A DNA stretch of 64,000 bases from a virus (Duplodnaviria; Caudoviricetes): the IMG/VR virus record IMGVR_UViG_3300020331_000002; one strand, given 5' to 3'. Numbering within the stretch: position 1 is the first letter of the stretch; every line of letters starts with the position of its first letter. Made by a program: the position numbers and the translations under genes. This document shows positions 56,398 to 63,998 of this stretch, piece after piece. The notes under the pieces are model-generated. The model did no database searches. It was not told the origin of the DNA and was given only the letters and a program-made list of their open reading frames with translations.

Positions 56398-57444
56398 TAA
56401 TATTAGTGTTTCTCTTGTAAGCTTGCCGTTCATTCTAGCGTCAAGCTTATCTACTCCCTTGTAGTACTTCTTTAATTCCTTAGCATCAGTGACCCCAGAC
56501 ATCTTTTTCTTATAGTCTTTTAAGTCAACACGCTTACTTCTTGAATCAGTACTAAAGCTGATTAGACTAGAGCCTTTTACGCTTAAGCCATTCGCATCTT
56601 CAGCATAGTACACGCCTAGTTTATTGAGACGAGTATCAAATACCCATACTTCCTTGGAACCGATAAGTGTTTTTAGGTCTGCGCTTTTAACGCCGATCTC
56701 ACTCCATCCAGGCCTAACTTTAAGTGATTTTATTAGCTGAGCAGGATCCTTGGGCGTTACTTGTTTGCTGTACAAGTATCTAACGTCAGTTAACAACTTG
56801 TCGTAAACCTTAGCCAAGCGTTTGGCGTTCATGCGAGTAAAGTTATCACCTATAAGTTCATAGTCGCTATCGGCTTCTATGGCGTTATTAACATTAGCAA
56901 GTTCTTCGCCGTAAACTGCGATTAGCATCTCTAGGGCTTTTGCTTTAGGATCATGTGGTGCAAGAATAGTAACAAAGTCGTACTTGGGGTCAAGTAAAGT
57001 CGTATCAATGATCATACCATCAATGATATTGTCAATCTCGCCCGAAATTTGTTCTACTTGCTTTTGAGCAATTTGCTCAGCTGAAGGCTTTTTTACTTTT
57101 GGTTTGCTGTCCTCCTCGACAGCGACTATGGACTGTGACTTTTCGATAACTTGATCAACGTATTTCCACAGGGAGCCGTATTTGTCGGGAAGTTCTGCGC
57201 CGCTATTAAGTGCGTAAAGGTATTTGCCTATTACTGCGAATTCGTAATCGGGCAGCTGGTCCAAGTCTTTGGTTACAGACGTGCCTTTATTCTCTCTGGC
57301 CCAGCGAAGGGTTTCGGTTTTGAGTTTCTTTTCCAGCACTTCGGACTGAGCCCAGTGTAGCCAATGTCGCCATTGTTTAAGGCATTCAGGGCTATTAAGC
57401 TCAGTCTTGGTGAAGCGCGGTTTAGTTTGTAATACTTTTGCCAT
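56386..57444 (-). CDS. conserved large-phage hypothetical protein
   Basis: C-terminal VWVFDTRLNKLGVY...LSVKGS motif; TAAATA upstream. Confidence 0.75.
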   Translation of the reverse strand: MAKVLQTKPRFTKTELNSPECLKQWRHWLHWAQSEVLEKKLKTETLRWARENKGTSVTKDLDQLPDYEFAVIGKYLYALNSGAELPDKYGSLWKYVDQVIEKSQSIVAVEEDSKPKVKKPSAEQIAQKQVEQISGEIDNIIDGMIIDTTLLDPKYDFVTILAPHDPKAKALEMLIAVYGEELANVNNAIEADSDYELIGDNFTRMNAKRLAKVYDKLLTDVRYLYSKQVTPKDPAQLIKSLKVRPGWSEIGVKSADLKTLIGSKEVWVFDTRLNKLGVYYAEDANGLSVKGSSLISFSTDSRSKRVDLKDYKKKMSGVTDAKELKKYYKGVDKLDARMNGKLTRETLILSIV

Positions 57445-57473
57445 AATTTCCGTCTGTGTGTTTTAATTATAGT

Positions 57474-57479
57474 TATTTA
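57474..57479 (-). promoter_or_regulatory. late promoter core TAAATA
   Basis: 29 nt upstream of ATG 57444. Confidence 0.55.
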
Positions 57480-57482
57480 CGA

Positions 57483-57618
57483 TGTGCTATGATGCTCGTT
57501 CTCTAATCATAGTCACATAAGCAAACAATAATCTCCAGTCATTGCCTGACTCGCTGTGCTAGCAGACATGTACTATCGCAGATACTGAAGAGTCGCTTTA
57601 AGCGACTCTTCAAACATC
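57483..57618 (-). ncRNA. candidate structured RNA or cis-element (3 hairpins)
   Basis: 12-bp perfect IR 57586-57612 extended by G.U pairs on the minus strand; 5-bp hairpin 57537-57551; 11-bp hairpin 57483-57517. Confidence 0.4.
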
Positions 57619-57652
57619 AGAATAGAACCATACCTCTTTATATATTTCAAGG

Positions 57653-58321
57653 CTAGGTGCCTGTCCCGGTGTTTATTCTCCATATGTAAAGTGAATAATT
57701 CCATATCGAGGCCTTAGAACCGGATAAACCGGCTTTCAGTTGTACATCGATTGTATGCGTGCCTTCAGCCAATGTTAGGATAGAAAAGTCATTGTAGCCG
57801 CGTTTGATTGGAGTTCCGGTAGACATGTAGTCGCCTGTAACAAGGTCGTCATTGGTGTCGGCGATTTCGTTTAAGTCTGTGGATGAATCTAACCGTACTT
57901 TCCAGCCGGCTACATTTTGCGAATCGCTACAATTGTAATTAAACCTATAGCCCACAAAGTAAGTACCGCCACCAACAGGCACACTAAATGTGTTTGACGG
58001 TCCTGTTGTCCACGCATCAGAGGTCACGGTAGTCAGTGTCGGTGCACTGAAATAATTAAAGCCTGTAAGCTCTTGAAACTCGAGTGAGGCGATGGCGGTA
58101 TTGACATATTCTTGTGTGGCGCTCGAGGCACTAGCAAGGTCTAACCAATCGGTGTTAAGCTCGTTCCTGAATTTTATTGCGCGTGTGGTTGAGTTAATCC
58201 AGACACTTCCAGCGATGACACTAGTAGGTTCTACAGGAGTGTGGTAAATTTTCGGGCTTTTAGATCCAATTTGTATTTCGGATTTAACAGTCCCAGTAAA
58301 AGCAAGGAATTTATCACTCAT
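57653..58321 (-). CDS. putative virion/fibre protein
   Basis: late promoter; GSVWINST; beta-sandwich-like C-terminus (AEGTHTIDVQ). Confidence 0.65.
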   Translation of the reverse strand: MSDKFLAFTGTVKSEIQIGSKSPKIYHTPVEPTSVIAGSVWINSTTRAIKFRNELNTDWLDLASASSATQEYVNTAIASLEFQELTGFNYFSAPTLTTVTSDAWTTGPSNTFSVPVGGGTYFVGYRFNYNCSDSQNVAGWKVRLDSSTDLNEIADTNDDLVTGDYMSTGTPIKRGYNDFSILTLAEGTHTIDVQLKAGLSGSKASIWNYSLYIWRINTGTGT

Positions 58322-58346
58322 ATCACATTTATTCTTTTTGTTCTTA

Positions 58347-58352
58347 TATTTA
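58347..58352 (-). promoter_or_regulatory. late promoter core TAAATA
   Basis: 25 nt upstream of ATG 58321. Confidence 0.55.
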
Positions 58353-58396
58353 TCGTGTCCTAAACCTTGAATAGTAAGTATTATACTGGAGTATAA

Positions 58397-58558
58397 TCAA
58401 CTAGGCAAAGGCCGAACAGGAATAGTGTTTTTCGAGAGTTTGTCTTTGAGATTTGTCTTTTTATGTTGTATGCACTTACCACAAGCCGTACCAACCAAAT
58501 CCTTTTTGCTAGGCGGGTCGCTTTCCTTAACTGCATGACAAATACAAAGGTATGCCAT
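58397..58558 (-). CDS. bfd: Bfd-like [2Fe-2S] ferredoxin, 53 aa (not in ORF track)
   Basis: MAYLCICHAV...VGTACGKC; SD GAGGA; TAAATA at 58583-58578. Confidence 0.7.
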   Translation of the reverse strand: MAYLCICHAVKESDPPSKKDLVGTACGKCIQHKKTNLKDKLSKNTIPVRPLPS

Positions 58559-58613
58559 TTTATTCCTCTCTTATTGTTATTTAATACCAGCTCAGATGTA
58601 GCTGTGTCAGAAA

Positions 58614-59414
58614 TTAATCACTTAAGTACAGTTCGTTTTCTAGCTCTGCTCTGTATTCTGGATCTCTAATCGCCCGTGCGTATCTGTCTGGATCATACGA
58701 ACTGACTTTACCTGCCAAATAGTACTGATGGGCTTTTATGTTTGATAACTTGCGAGTAACCTGTCCTTCACTCATTATACCGGTATGGTGATAATGTGAT
58801 TTTTCCATATACCTTAGTACATGGTCAAGTATCATCGGTGTGTACAGTATGCGGTTTCGGGTTGCTGTGTGGATCAAATGTCCGAAACTAACTTCTCGTT
58901 TATGTGCATTTCCGAGTGGTCTTGAAACAGTCACATAGCGCTTTATATAAAAACTCTTGTGTAGACGATCGGTGTTGTTTTTTACTATGGTTTCATATGC
59001 ACATTGCATGAGGTTCGCAAAAAACTTGGCGCGATCGCCGGCCACGCCGTAATACGGGCCGTCAAGTCTTATCACCTTTTTCGACATGAACTGGAAAAAC
59101 TCATGCTCTTCTAGTAATAAGTACTCACCGACGTGACAGTAATATGGTATTCCTATTCCCATCTTCGCTATAGAAGCGAGAGCATTAGCTGTCTTTACCA
59201 TTTCTTTAGGACTAGGAATATAACCGTCACATACGGCGCTAAGGTCTAGGTCCGGTGTACACAATGAAGTGCCTAGCCGCATTGCTTGCCAATGTTGGTG
59301 ATTGCTACCCGACGAATAGTAGTCGAAACCAGTCAGTGATCCAGGCCTACATAACCGAGCTTTCGCTAGGTCTATGTCGATACCGACTTTCTCGAAAAGT
59401 TCACGATATGTCAT
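58614..59414 (-). CDS. hypothetical protein
   Basis: 266-aa ORF. Confidence 0.75.
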   Translation of the reverse strand: MTYRELFEKVGIDIDLAKARLCRPGSLTGFDYYSSGSNHQHWQAMRLGTSLCTPDLDLSAVCDGYIPSPKEMVKTANALASIAKMGIGIPYYCHVGEYLLLEEHEFFQFMSKKVIRLDGPYYGVAGDRAKFFANLMQCAYETIVKNNTDRLHKSFYIKRYVTVSRPLGNAHKREVSFGHLIHTATRNRILYTPMILDHVLRYMEKSHYHHTGIMSEGQVTRKLSNIKAHQYYLAGKVSSYDPDRYARAIRDPEYRAELENELYLSD

Positions 59415-59430
59415 GCATTACACTCTGTTA

Positions 59431-59483
59431 TGAATAGCTTGGCTAAAAACACTTAGCAAAATGCCTTTAGCCAAGAATCTTCA
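59431..59483 (-). promoter_or_regulatory. 17-bp hairpin enclosing the arfA stop codon (candidate RNase III or termination site)
   Basis: minus strand CTTGGCTAAAGGCATTT-TGCT-AAGTGTTTTTAGCCAAG, 17/17 with 3 G.U; outer TGAA/TTCA. Confidence 0.75.
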
Positions 59484-59611
59484 CGACCCTTGTGTTTGCG
59501 CTTTCTGTTATACTTGGTAGCGTCTTCTTCAACACGCTTCCTAAACATCGGAGTTCTTACCACTTGTTTAATGGCGCTTGGTTGGCTATGTTTAACTTTC
59601 TTCTTGCCCAT
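59453..59611 (-). CDS. arfA: alternative ribosome rescue factor ArfA-like, 52 aa (not in ORF track)
   Basis: SAIKQVVRTPMFRKRVE...YNRKRKH..R.DSW versus E. coli NAIEALLHDPLFRQRVE...YMRKGKH..R.NW; SD GGAGG. Confidence 0.75.
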   Translation of the reverse strand: MGKKKVKHSQPSAIKQVVRTPMFRKRVEEDATKYNRKRKHKGREDSWLKAFC

Positions 59612-59634
59612 AATTTCCTCCTGGCGTTAGAAGA

Positions 59635-59653
59635 GGGCATTGTATTAATGCCC
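59635..59653 (-). terminator. hairpin between the upstream gene and arfA (weak terminator or processing site)
   Basis: GGGCATT-N5-AATGCCC followed by CTTCT on the minus strand. Confidence 0.4.
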
Positions 59654-59929
59654 TTACATTAGAACTGGTATGATCATCAAAGTCAACATCAAAGCGTAGA
59701 AAATTATCCGTAGGTAGATATTAGTCTTGTGCTTGAATGCCTCGAACCTTTCCAGATACTCGGCCACTTTGCGTGCTGACGGCAGTGCTAGTAACACCGC
59801 AATAATACCCACAAAAGCTTCTAGATACACCGTTAGCACTACGGCAGCGATACAGAGTACCACAACAATAATGCCGTGGCCTATACAGTCTACGGTTTCT
59901 TCGTCTAAGTCGCTGAATAAATGATTCAT
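59654..59929 (-). CDS. membrane protein (3 TM)
   Basis: hydrophobic segments. Confidence 0.75.
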   Translation of the reverse strand: MNHLFSDLDEETVDCIGHGIIVVVLCIAAVVLTVYLEAFVGIIAVLLALPSARKVAEYLERFEAFKHKTNIYLRIIFYALMLTLMIIPVLM

Positions 59930-59931
59930 AA

Positions 59932-60051
59932 TTAGCCCAGTTCTTCTACTAGGTTGCTGTAATGCATAATTGTTTTTGCATGAAGCAACGCGTTTTCAAT
60001 ACTAAATGAGTAGCATTCCAAAAAGGCCACTGCATATATGTATATATCCAT
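59932..60051 (-). CDS. 39-aa hypothetical protein (not in ORF track)
   Basis: SD GGAG; fills the gap. Confidence 0.45.
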   Translation of the reverse strand: MDIYIYAVAFLECYSFSIENALLHAKTIMHYSNLVEELG

Positions 60052-60058
60052 AACAAGA

Positions 60059-60388
60059 TCACTCCATCGGCGGCACGGTTATTTTTCCTTGAAACGCAAG
60101 TAGAGCAATGGTTTCTGGCTCTATCTTAACAAACGTTTCACGGGTTTTATTAGACGCCCGGTTAGAGTGGCTAGGGGTACCAACTCGCACAGATGATCCT
60201 ATCCACATAGAAGCGCCGGAGGCAGTAGGCTTTTTGATGCGGCCCAGCTTTAAACCCGACGACTTGTAAACACTCACAGCAACTATGTCGCCTGCACGTA
60301 TTTCATTTCCGAGACAGTCAGTCCCTACTTCATCTGATGTATCTGACATAAGTTCCTCAACTTTTTGGCGATATGATTTTTGCGTCAT
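60059..60388 (-). CDS. hypothetical protein (SH3-like)
   Basis: DCLGNEIRAGDIVAV. Confidence 0.7.
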   Translation of the reverse strand: MTQKSYRQKVEELMSDTSDEVGTDCLGNEIRAGDIVAVSVYKSSGLKLGRIKKPTASGASMWIGSSVRVGTPSHSNRASNKTRETFVKIEPETIALLAFQGKITVPPME

Positions 60389-60720
60389 TACTCTTCTTTA
60401 AGATTCAGGAGGACAGGAGTGTCAAACCCGCCTCGTATTTCTCTCTTGTACTTACGCTTATCTTCAATGCCGGTCTCAGAAACCTTACCAATTTTGATAA
60501 TTGCTGCCAAAACTTCAAACACGTCGGCTAGCTCTTCTTCAAGCGCGTCAGTATCACCGCGATAAATTTCAGCCAGAACTTCTTCGACTTCTTCGTGCGC
60601 TTTGTCACATAGTAAGGCAAGGTGATCTTGAGTGGTAAGCTTGTCTACTGGAAGTAGAGGTAGTGGGTCAGATGCAATATCGGGGATTTTATCCCTGATC
60701 AATTTATGCGGGTATTTCAT
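60388..60720 (-). CDS. MazG/HisE-like nucleoside triphosphate pyrophosphohydrolase
   Basis: KLIRDKIP, EEVEE, EELADVFEV. Confidence 0.88.
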   Translation of the reverse strand: MKYPHKLIRDKIPDIASDPLPLLPVDKLTTQDHLALLCDKAHEEVEEVLAEIYRGDTDALEEELADVFEVLAAIIKIGKVSETGIEDKRKYKREIRGGFDTPVLLNLKEE

Positions 60721-60728
60721 CAGATATT

Positions 60729-60777
60729 CCTCTTGTTATTATCTCCTTATTATAAGGCAAGAGGCTGTCAAAATCAA
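60729..60777 (-). promoter_or_regulatory. sigma70 promoter with an IR masking the RBS
   Basis: TTGATT-17-TATAAT; CCTCTTG..TTAT pairs ATAA-CAAGAGG; CCTTAT-A-ATAAGG palindrome over the -10. Confidence 0.75.
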
Positions 60778-61025
60778 GACTTGGTTGAGAACTTTCCGGA
60801 AAATGTGTCTTCGTGTAACGAGTTTGTGAGGTGACTGATATACGCCATATCAGCCGCACGCACTGCGATCATGTTTTCGACATAGTCGCGCATGTCATGG
60901 GCATCGATAGCCTGATCTAAGGTGCCTGCGAAGCTGCTAATCATAGGTATGGTAGACACACCCGTATAGACAGCGACTCTGGCCTGATCTTTAAATTGTT
61001 GAGCTACTTTTATGCCATCAGCCAT
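60774..61025 (-). CDS. hypothetical protein
   Basis: SD AAGGAG. Confidence 0.7.
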   Translation of the reverse strand: MADGIKVAQQFKDQARVAVYTGVSTIPMISSFAGTLDQAIDAHDMRDYVENMIAVRAADMAYISHLTNSLHEDTFSGKFSTKS

Positions 61026-61383
61026 CTTTGTCTCCTTGCTTGTTGGATAAAAACCCGGGTATCAGATCCAAGTATGCGTCGGTGATAGGACACCCTAACA
61101 ACCTCAAACGAGCAACTGTTTCGGTATCCATCTTCATTGCGCCTTTGCCTTTCCAGTTATCGTACTCGTCATCTACCATACAAAACGGCAGATACTTTTT
61201 CCAGCGCATATATTCATCAACATCGTGTCTGATCATCGGGTGCATCAGAGGTTTCAACTCGTCAGCACTCATTTTACCGCGCAATAAGGCTTCCGTAAAA
61301 GATCCCGGACTCACACCGTAAATCCAGAACATTTCAACAGCCGAACAAATGTTTGTGTCTAAGCTAAATTTTAAATCGCCCAT
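61018..61383 (-). CDS. hypothetical protein
   Basis: SD GGAG. Confidence 0.7.
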   Translation of the reverse strand: MGDLKFSLDTNICSAVEMFWIYGVSPGSFTEALLRGKMSADELKPLMHPMIRHDVDEYMRWKKYLPFCMVDDEYDNWKGKGAMKMDTETVARLRLLGCPITDAYLDLIPGFLSNKQGDKDG

Positions 61384-61847
61384 GTGAACTCCAGATCACT
61401 ATCAGAAATCGGCTCGCCGTTCTTGTGCATCATCTTAATAATTTTAACGTAATCCTCGCGCAGCCTCTTCAGTTTATCCTCGCATTCTTCGCGTATAATA
61501 GATATAGTCTCGTCGAGATTAGATTCCAAAACGCCGGTTGCCATAGTCCAATAATTTCTTTCTATAAAACATTCACGTATCCGGCGAAGTGCCTGCGCGT
61601 CTGTCACTTCTACTTTGACATGCTCGACATAATGCGCACGTAATGCGGCTAGGCGTGATGTAAGCGTATCGGCTATGGATTTGTCAATAAACATCATCGC
61701 GTCGGAGACTACTTCTAAATCAAGGATAGATGTGCTTCGGGGATATTCATAATCACCGTCCTTTTCAATCATGCCAAGTATAAAATGCAAGTTATCCATA
61801 TCTTTTTGGATTAGGCTCACATATGGATGTAGTGGATCATTGCTCAT
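61371..61847 (-). CDS. hypothetical protein
   Basis: SD AAGGAG. Confidence 0.75.
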   Translation of the reverse strand: MSNDPLHPYVSLIQKDMDNLHFILGMIEKDGDYEYPRSTSILDLEVVSDAMMFIDKSIADTLTSRLAALRAHYVEHVKVEVTDAQALRRIRECFIERNYWTMATGVLESNLDETISIIREECEDKLKRLREDYVKIIKMMHKNGEPISDSDLEFTWAI

Positions 61848-62283
61848 TGATATGCTCCTTTACACCCTCGGTTAATGTTTGTTTAATTTTGGTAGCCAAG
61901 TTCCAAAATTTCTCTGCTAGTTTTTGTTCCAACGCATTGTGTTTCAACGTGTAGAGGTCTTTTCTTATTACTTGTCTGCGCAATGACTCTATCATCCCGG
62001 TACTTCTTCTGAGATCAAGGTGGTGCTGGCGTGTCACCGCTTCTTGTGAACCATCTAGAACACTGCGTGATGCCAAGGCATGTGAGTATGCATCATACAA
62101 ATCAATATAGGCACGAATCGCGTCAATCGTCTCTTGCCATTTTAGGGTGTAATCGAGGTTTTCAATCAAAGTTAGCCTAAACGGTGCAGACGCGAATATA
62201 CTGTCGCTCTGGTTGACACCGTCAATCTTTGAAACCATAGCGAGTGCATCTATCAGATTAGACCTTAGTTGCTTGGTATTCAT
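61837..62283 (-). CDS. hypothetical protein
   Basis: SD AAGGA; TAATG overlap. Confidence 0.75.
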   Translation of the reverse strand: MNTKQLRSNLIDALAMVSKIDGVNQSDSIFASAPFRLTLIENLDYTLKWQETIDAIRAYIDLYDAYSHALASRSVLDGSQEAVTRQHHLDLRRSTGMIESLRRQVIRKDLYTLKHNALEQKLAEKFWNLATKIKQTLTEGVKEHINEQ

Positions 62284-62957
62284 TATTGTGTCATTCCTTC
62301 TGCTATTTTATCAGCCAACGTTCGTACTTCGTTAGTGAGAACTTCGTGCTTGAGTGTCCATTCACCTGATGTCATGAGTTTCTTTATCGCAATCGCAACC
62401 AGCATATATGCGGTAGTAGGCGATACTCGAGTTTCAAGACGCTTGCATAATAAAGCAGGATCACCTAGTATGCCGTTGTCCATCAAATTCAACTCACCAA
62501 GTAACGCCTTGCACGTTTTGTCAAATTTAGCAACGTCAGTTCCGCGGCCGTGGCGTGCAACGCCCGGGTAGGTTTTAATGATATAATTAACGTAAGGCTG
62601 CACAGCGAATAAGTCATATCCAATCGGATCAGTTGGTCGTGTAAATTTATGACGTGCTAATTGCAACGCGCACAAATCAACCAACATATTAGATGAGTGG
62701 GCACGTACCTTGCGCCGCATTTCGAGGCCAAAGCCGTACAGCTTACCGAGTCTCTCGCATAATCGATCAGCGTTGTAGGCAGCTATACGAAACCGGGCCT
62801 GACCTAATATGAGGTGGCCGTTGTCGCGTCTGACATCGTCGATTAACTCACGGTCGTCAGCTGTGAGTTTTTTATACTCGGCTGGGGTATCATATAACCA
62901 CCCTAACATAGCGTCGACAAACACCAACAAGGTGTGCCGGTATGGCCTTTTAGACAT
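62283..62957 (-). CDS. hypothetical protein
   Basis: SD AAGGA. Confidence 0.75.
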   Translation of the reverse strand: MSKRPYRHTLLVFVDAMLGWLYDTPAEYKKLTADDRELIDDVRRDNGHLILGQARFRIAAYNADRLCERLGKLYGFGLEMRRKVRAHSSNMLVDLCALQLARHKFTRPTDPIGYDLFAVQPYVNYIIKTYPGVARHGRGTDVAKFDKTCKALLGELNLMDNGILGDPALLCKRLETRVSPTTAYMLVAIAIKKLMTSGEWTLKHEVLTNEVRTLADKIAEGMTQ

Positions 62958-63225
62958 TTGCGCATTCCTTCAATACAGAGTCGATGTGTGTCACTGCCTC
63001 TTCAACTTGCTCTTCGACGGAACCGTTGCACTTGCCTTCTTTGCGCAATTCGACAACTAAGTCGTATCGTTCCATAGGTTGAAGATGATTGATCCAAATA
63101 GAATACGCCGGGTCAACTAAATCAACCGGTGTGCCTAACTCTTCAAACAATTTTTGATCAACTGCTTTGCGTGCCTTCTCTGCACTAAGTATTCTGTCTT
63201 TAAAAATCATCTTATCACCTTTCAT
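62950..63225 (-). CDS. hypothetical protein
   Basis: start 63225 or 63210; behind promoter. Confidence 0.7.
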   Translation of the reverse strand: MKGDKMIFKDRILSAEKARKAVDQKLFEELGTPVDLVDPAYSIWINHLQPMERYDLVVELRKEGKCNGSVEEQVEEAVTHIDSVLKECANV

Positions 63226-63240
63226 CTATTAAGCAAGAAT

Positions 63241-63297
63241 TAAGTTTCTCGCTACTGTTAGATATTATAGGGCAACTCAGTCAGAATAGCAAACTTA
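63241..63297 (-). promoter_or_regulatory. sigma70 promoter within the 3' end of the upstream gene, with IR to the 5'UTR
   Basis: TTGCTA-17-TATAAT; TAAGTTT-GCTA..CTG pairs CAG-TAGC..AAACTTA. Confidence 0.65.
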
Positions 63298-63998
63298 TTT
63301 TCAACAAGGTCTTCTATTAGTGCAACTCTTTCTTTTTTAAGTATCAAGATAGCTTCTTCTATCACAGCATCAAGCTTTTGGCGTGCCAACTCCAGCTGTA
63401 TTGTCCAGCCACCGTCAGCGCCGAAGTCAACTATGTCACTGCAAAAGTTACCGGTATACTCTAAACCTGCATCGAATATAAAATCAATAAACTCAGTACA
63501 GCCGCTTATTATATCCGCTGCCAAATGAGCGTGCTTTGTGCGGTTTAAGAAAGTCCATGAACACAAGTCGTAATTGATTTGGTCATAGTCATAGTAGCCG
63601 TTGATTTTGGTTTCGAGTCTGGATATCAACGTGGAATATGCCACCTCTTGACGCGCTATACGACAAGCTCGTTTAAATTGCTGAGAGCCGTATTCTTCAT
63701 CCAGTAACTGTACCGCTTTGATAATAGTCCCGAACGCTAGCTTATTTGAGATACCGATCTCATTCTTGGGCGCCGTCTGTGCTACCGTGCCCCACGTAGG
63801 AAACGAGTCGCCTGACATTCGTGTGTTGGTCATAAGCCGAGAAATCGTATACGCCTTGTTTTCGAAATTGCGCCTGATCACGCTTCCTTGGTCTACCTTA
63901 CCGGCGTAAAAATGCAAGTATCGAATATACCAGAACGTGCGATCACCGGCCCAACAAACCATAGGCGATGGATCGAAATGATTTAAGTTTCCGAGGTT
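63258..63998 (-). CDS. hypothetical protein, 5' end probably beyond the window
   Basis: frame stays open from ATG 63962 to the window edge. Confidence 0.7.
   Translation of the reverse strand, partial: NLGNLNHFDPSPMVCWAGDRTFWYIRYLHFYAGKVDQGSVIRRNFENKAYTISRLMTNTRMSGDSFPTWGTVAQTAPKNEIGISNKLAFGTIIKAVQLLDEEYGSQQFKRACRIARQEVAYSTLISRLETKINGYYDYDQINYDLCSWTFLNRTKHAHLAADIISGCTEFIDFIFDAGLEYTGNFCSDIVDFGADGGWTIQLELARQKLDAVIEEAILILKKERVALIEDLVENKFAILTELPYNI

Noticed and set aside
58381-58396. TTATACT-gg-AGTATAA palindrome after the bfd-like gene
   Set aside because: Short and AT-rich, with no correctly spaced -35/-10 pair on either strand and no second copy noticed.
159-63909. Opposite-strand and out-of-frame ORFs in the supplied track (e.g. 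4714..5094-, 21088..21552+, 27083..27382+, 33462..33755+, 51403..51801-)
   Set aside because: They lie wholly over better-supported genes, lack SD or promoter context, and show no recognisable motifs.
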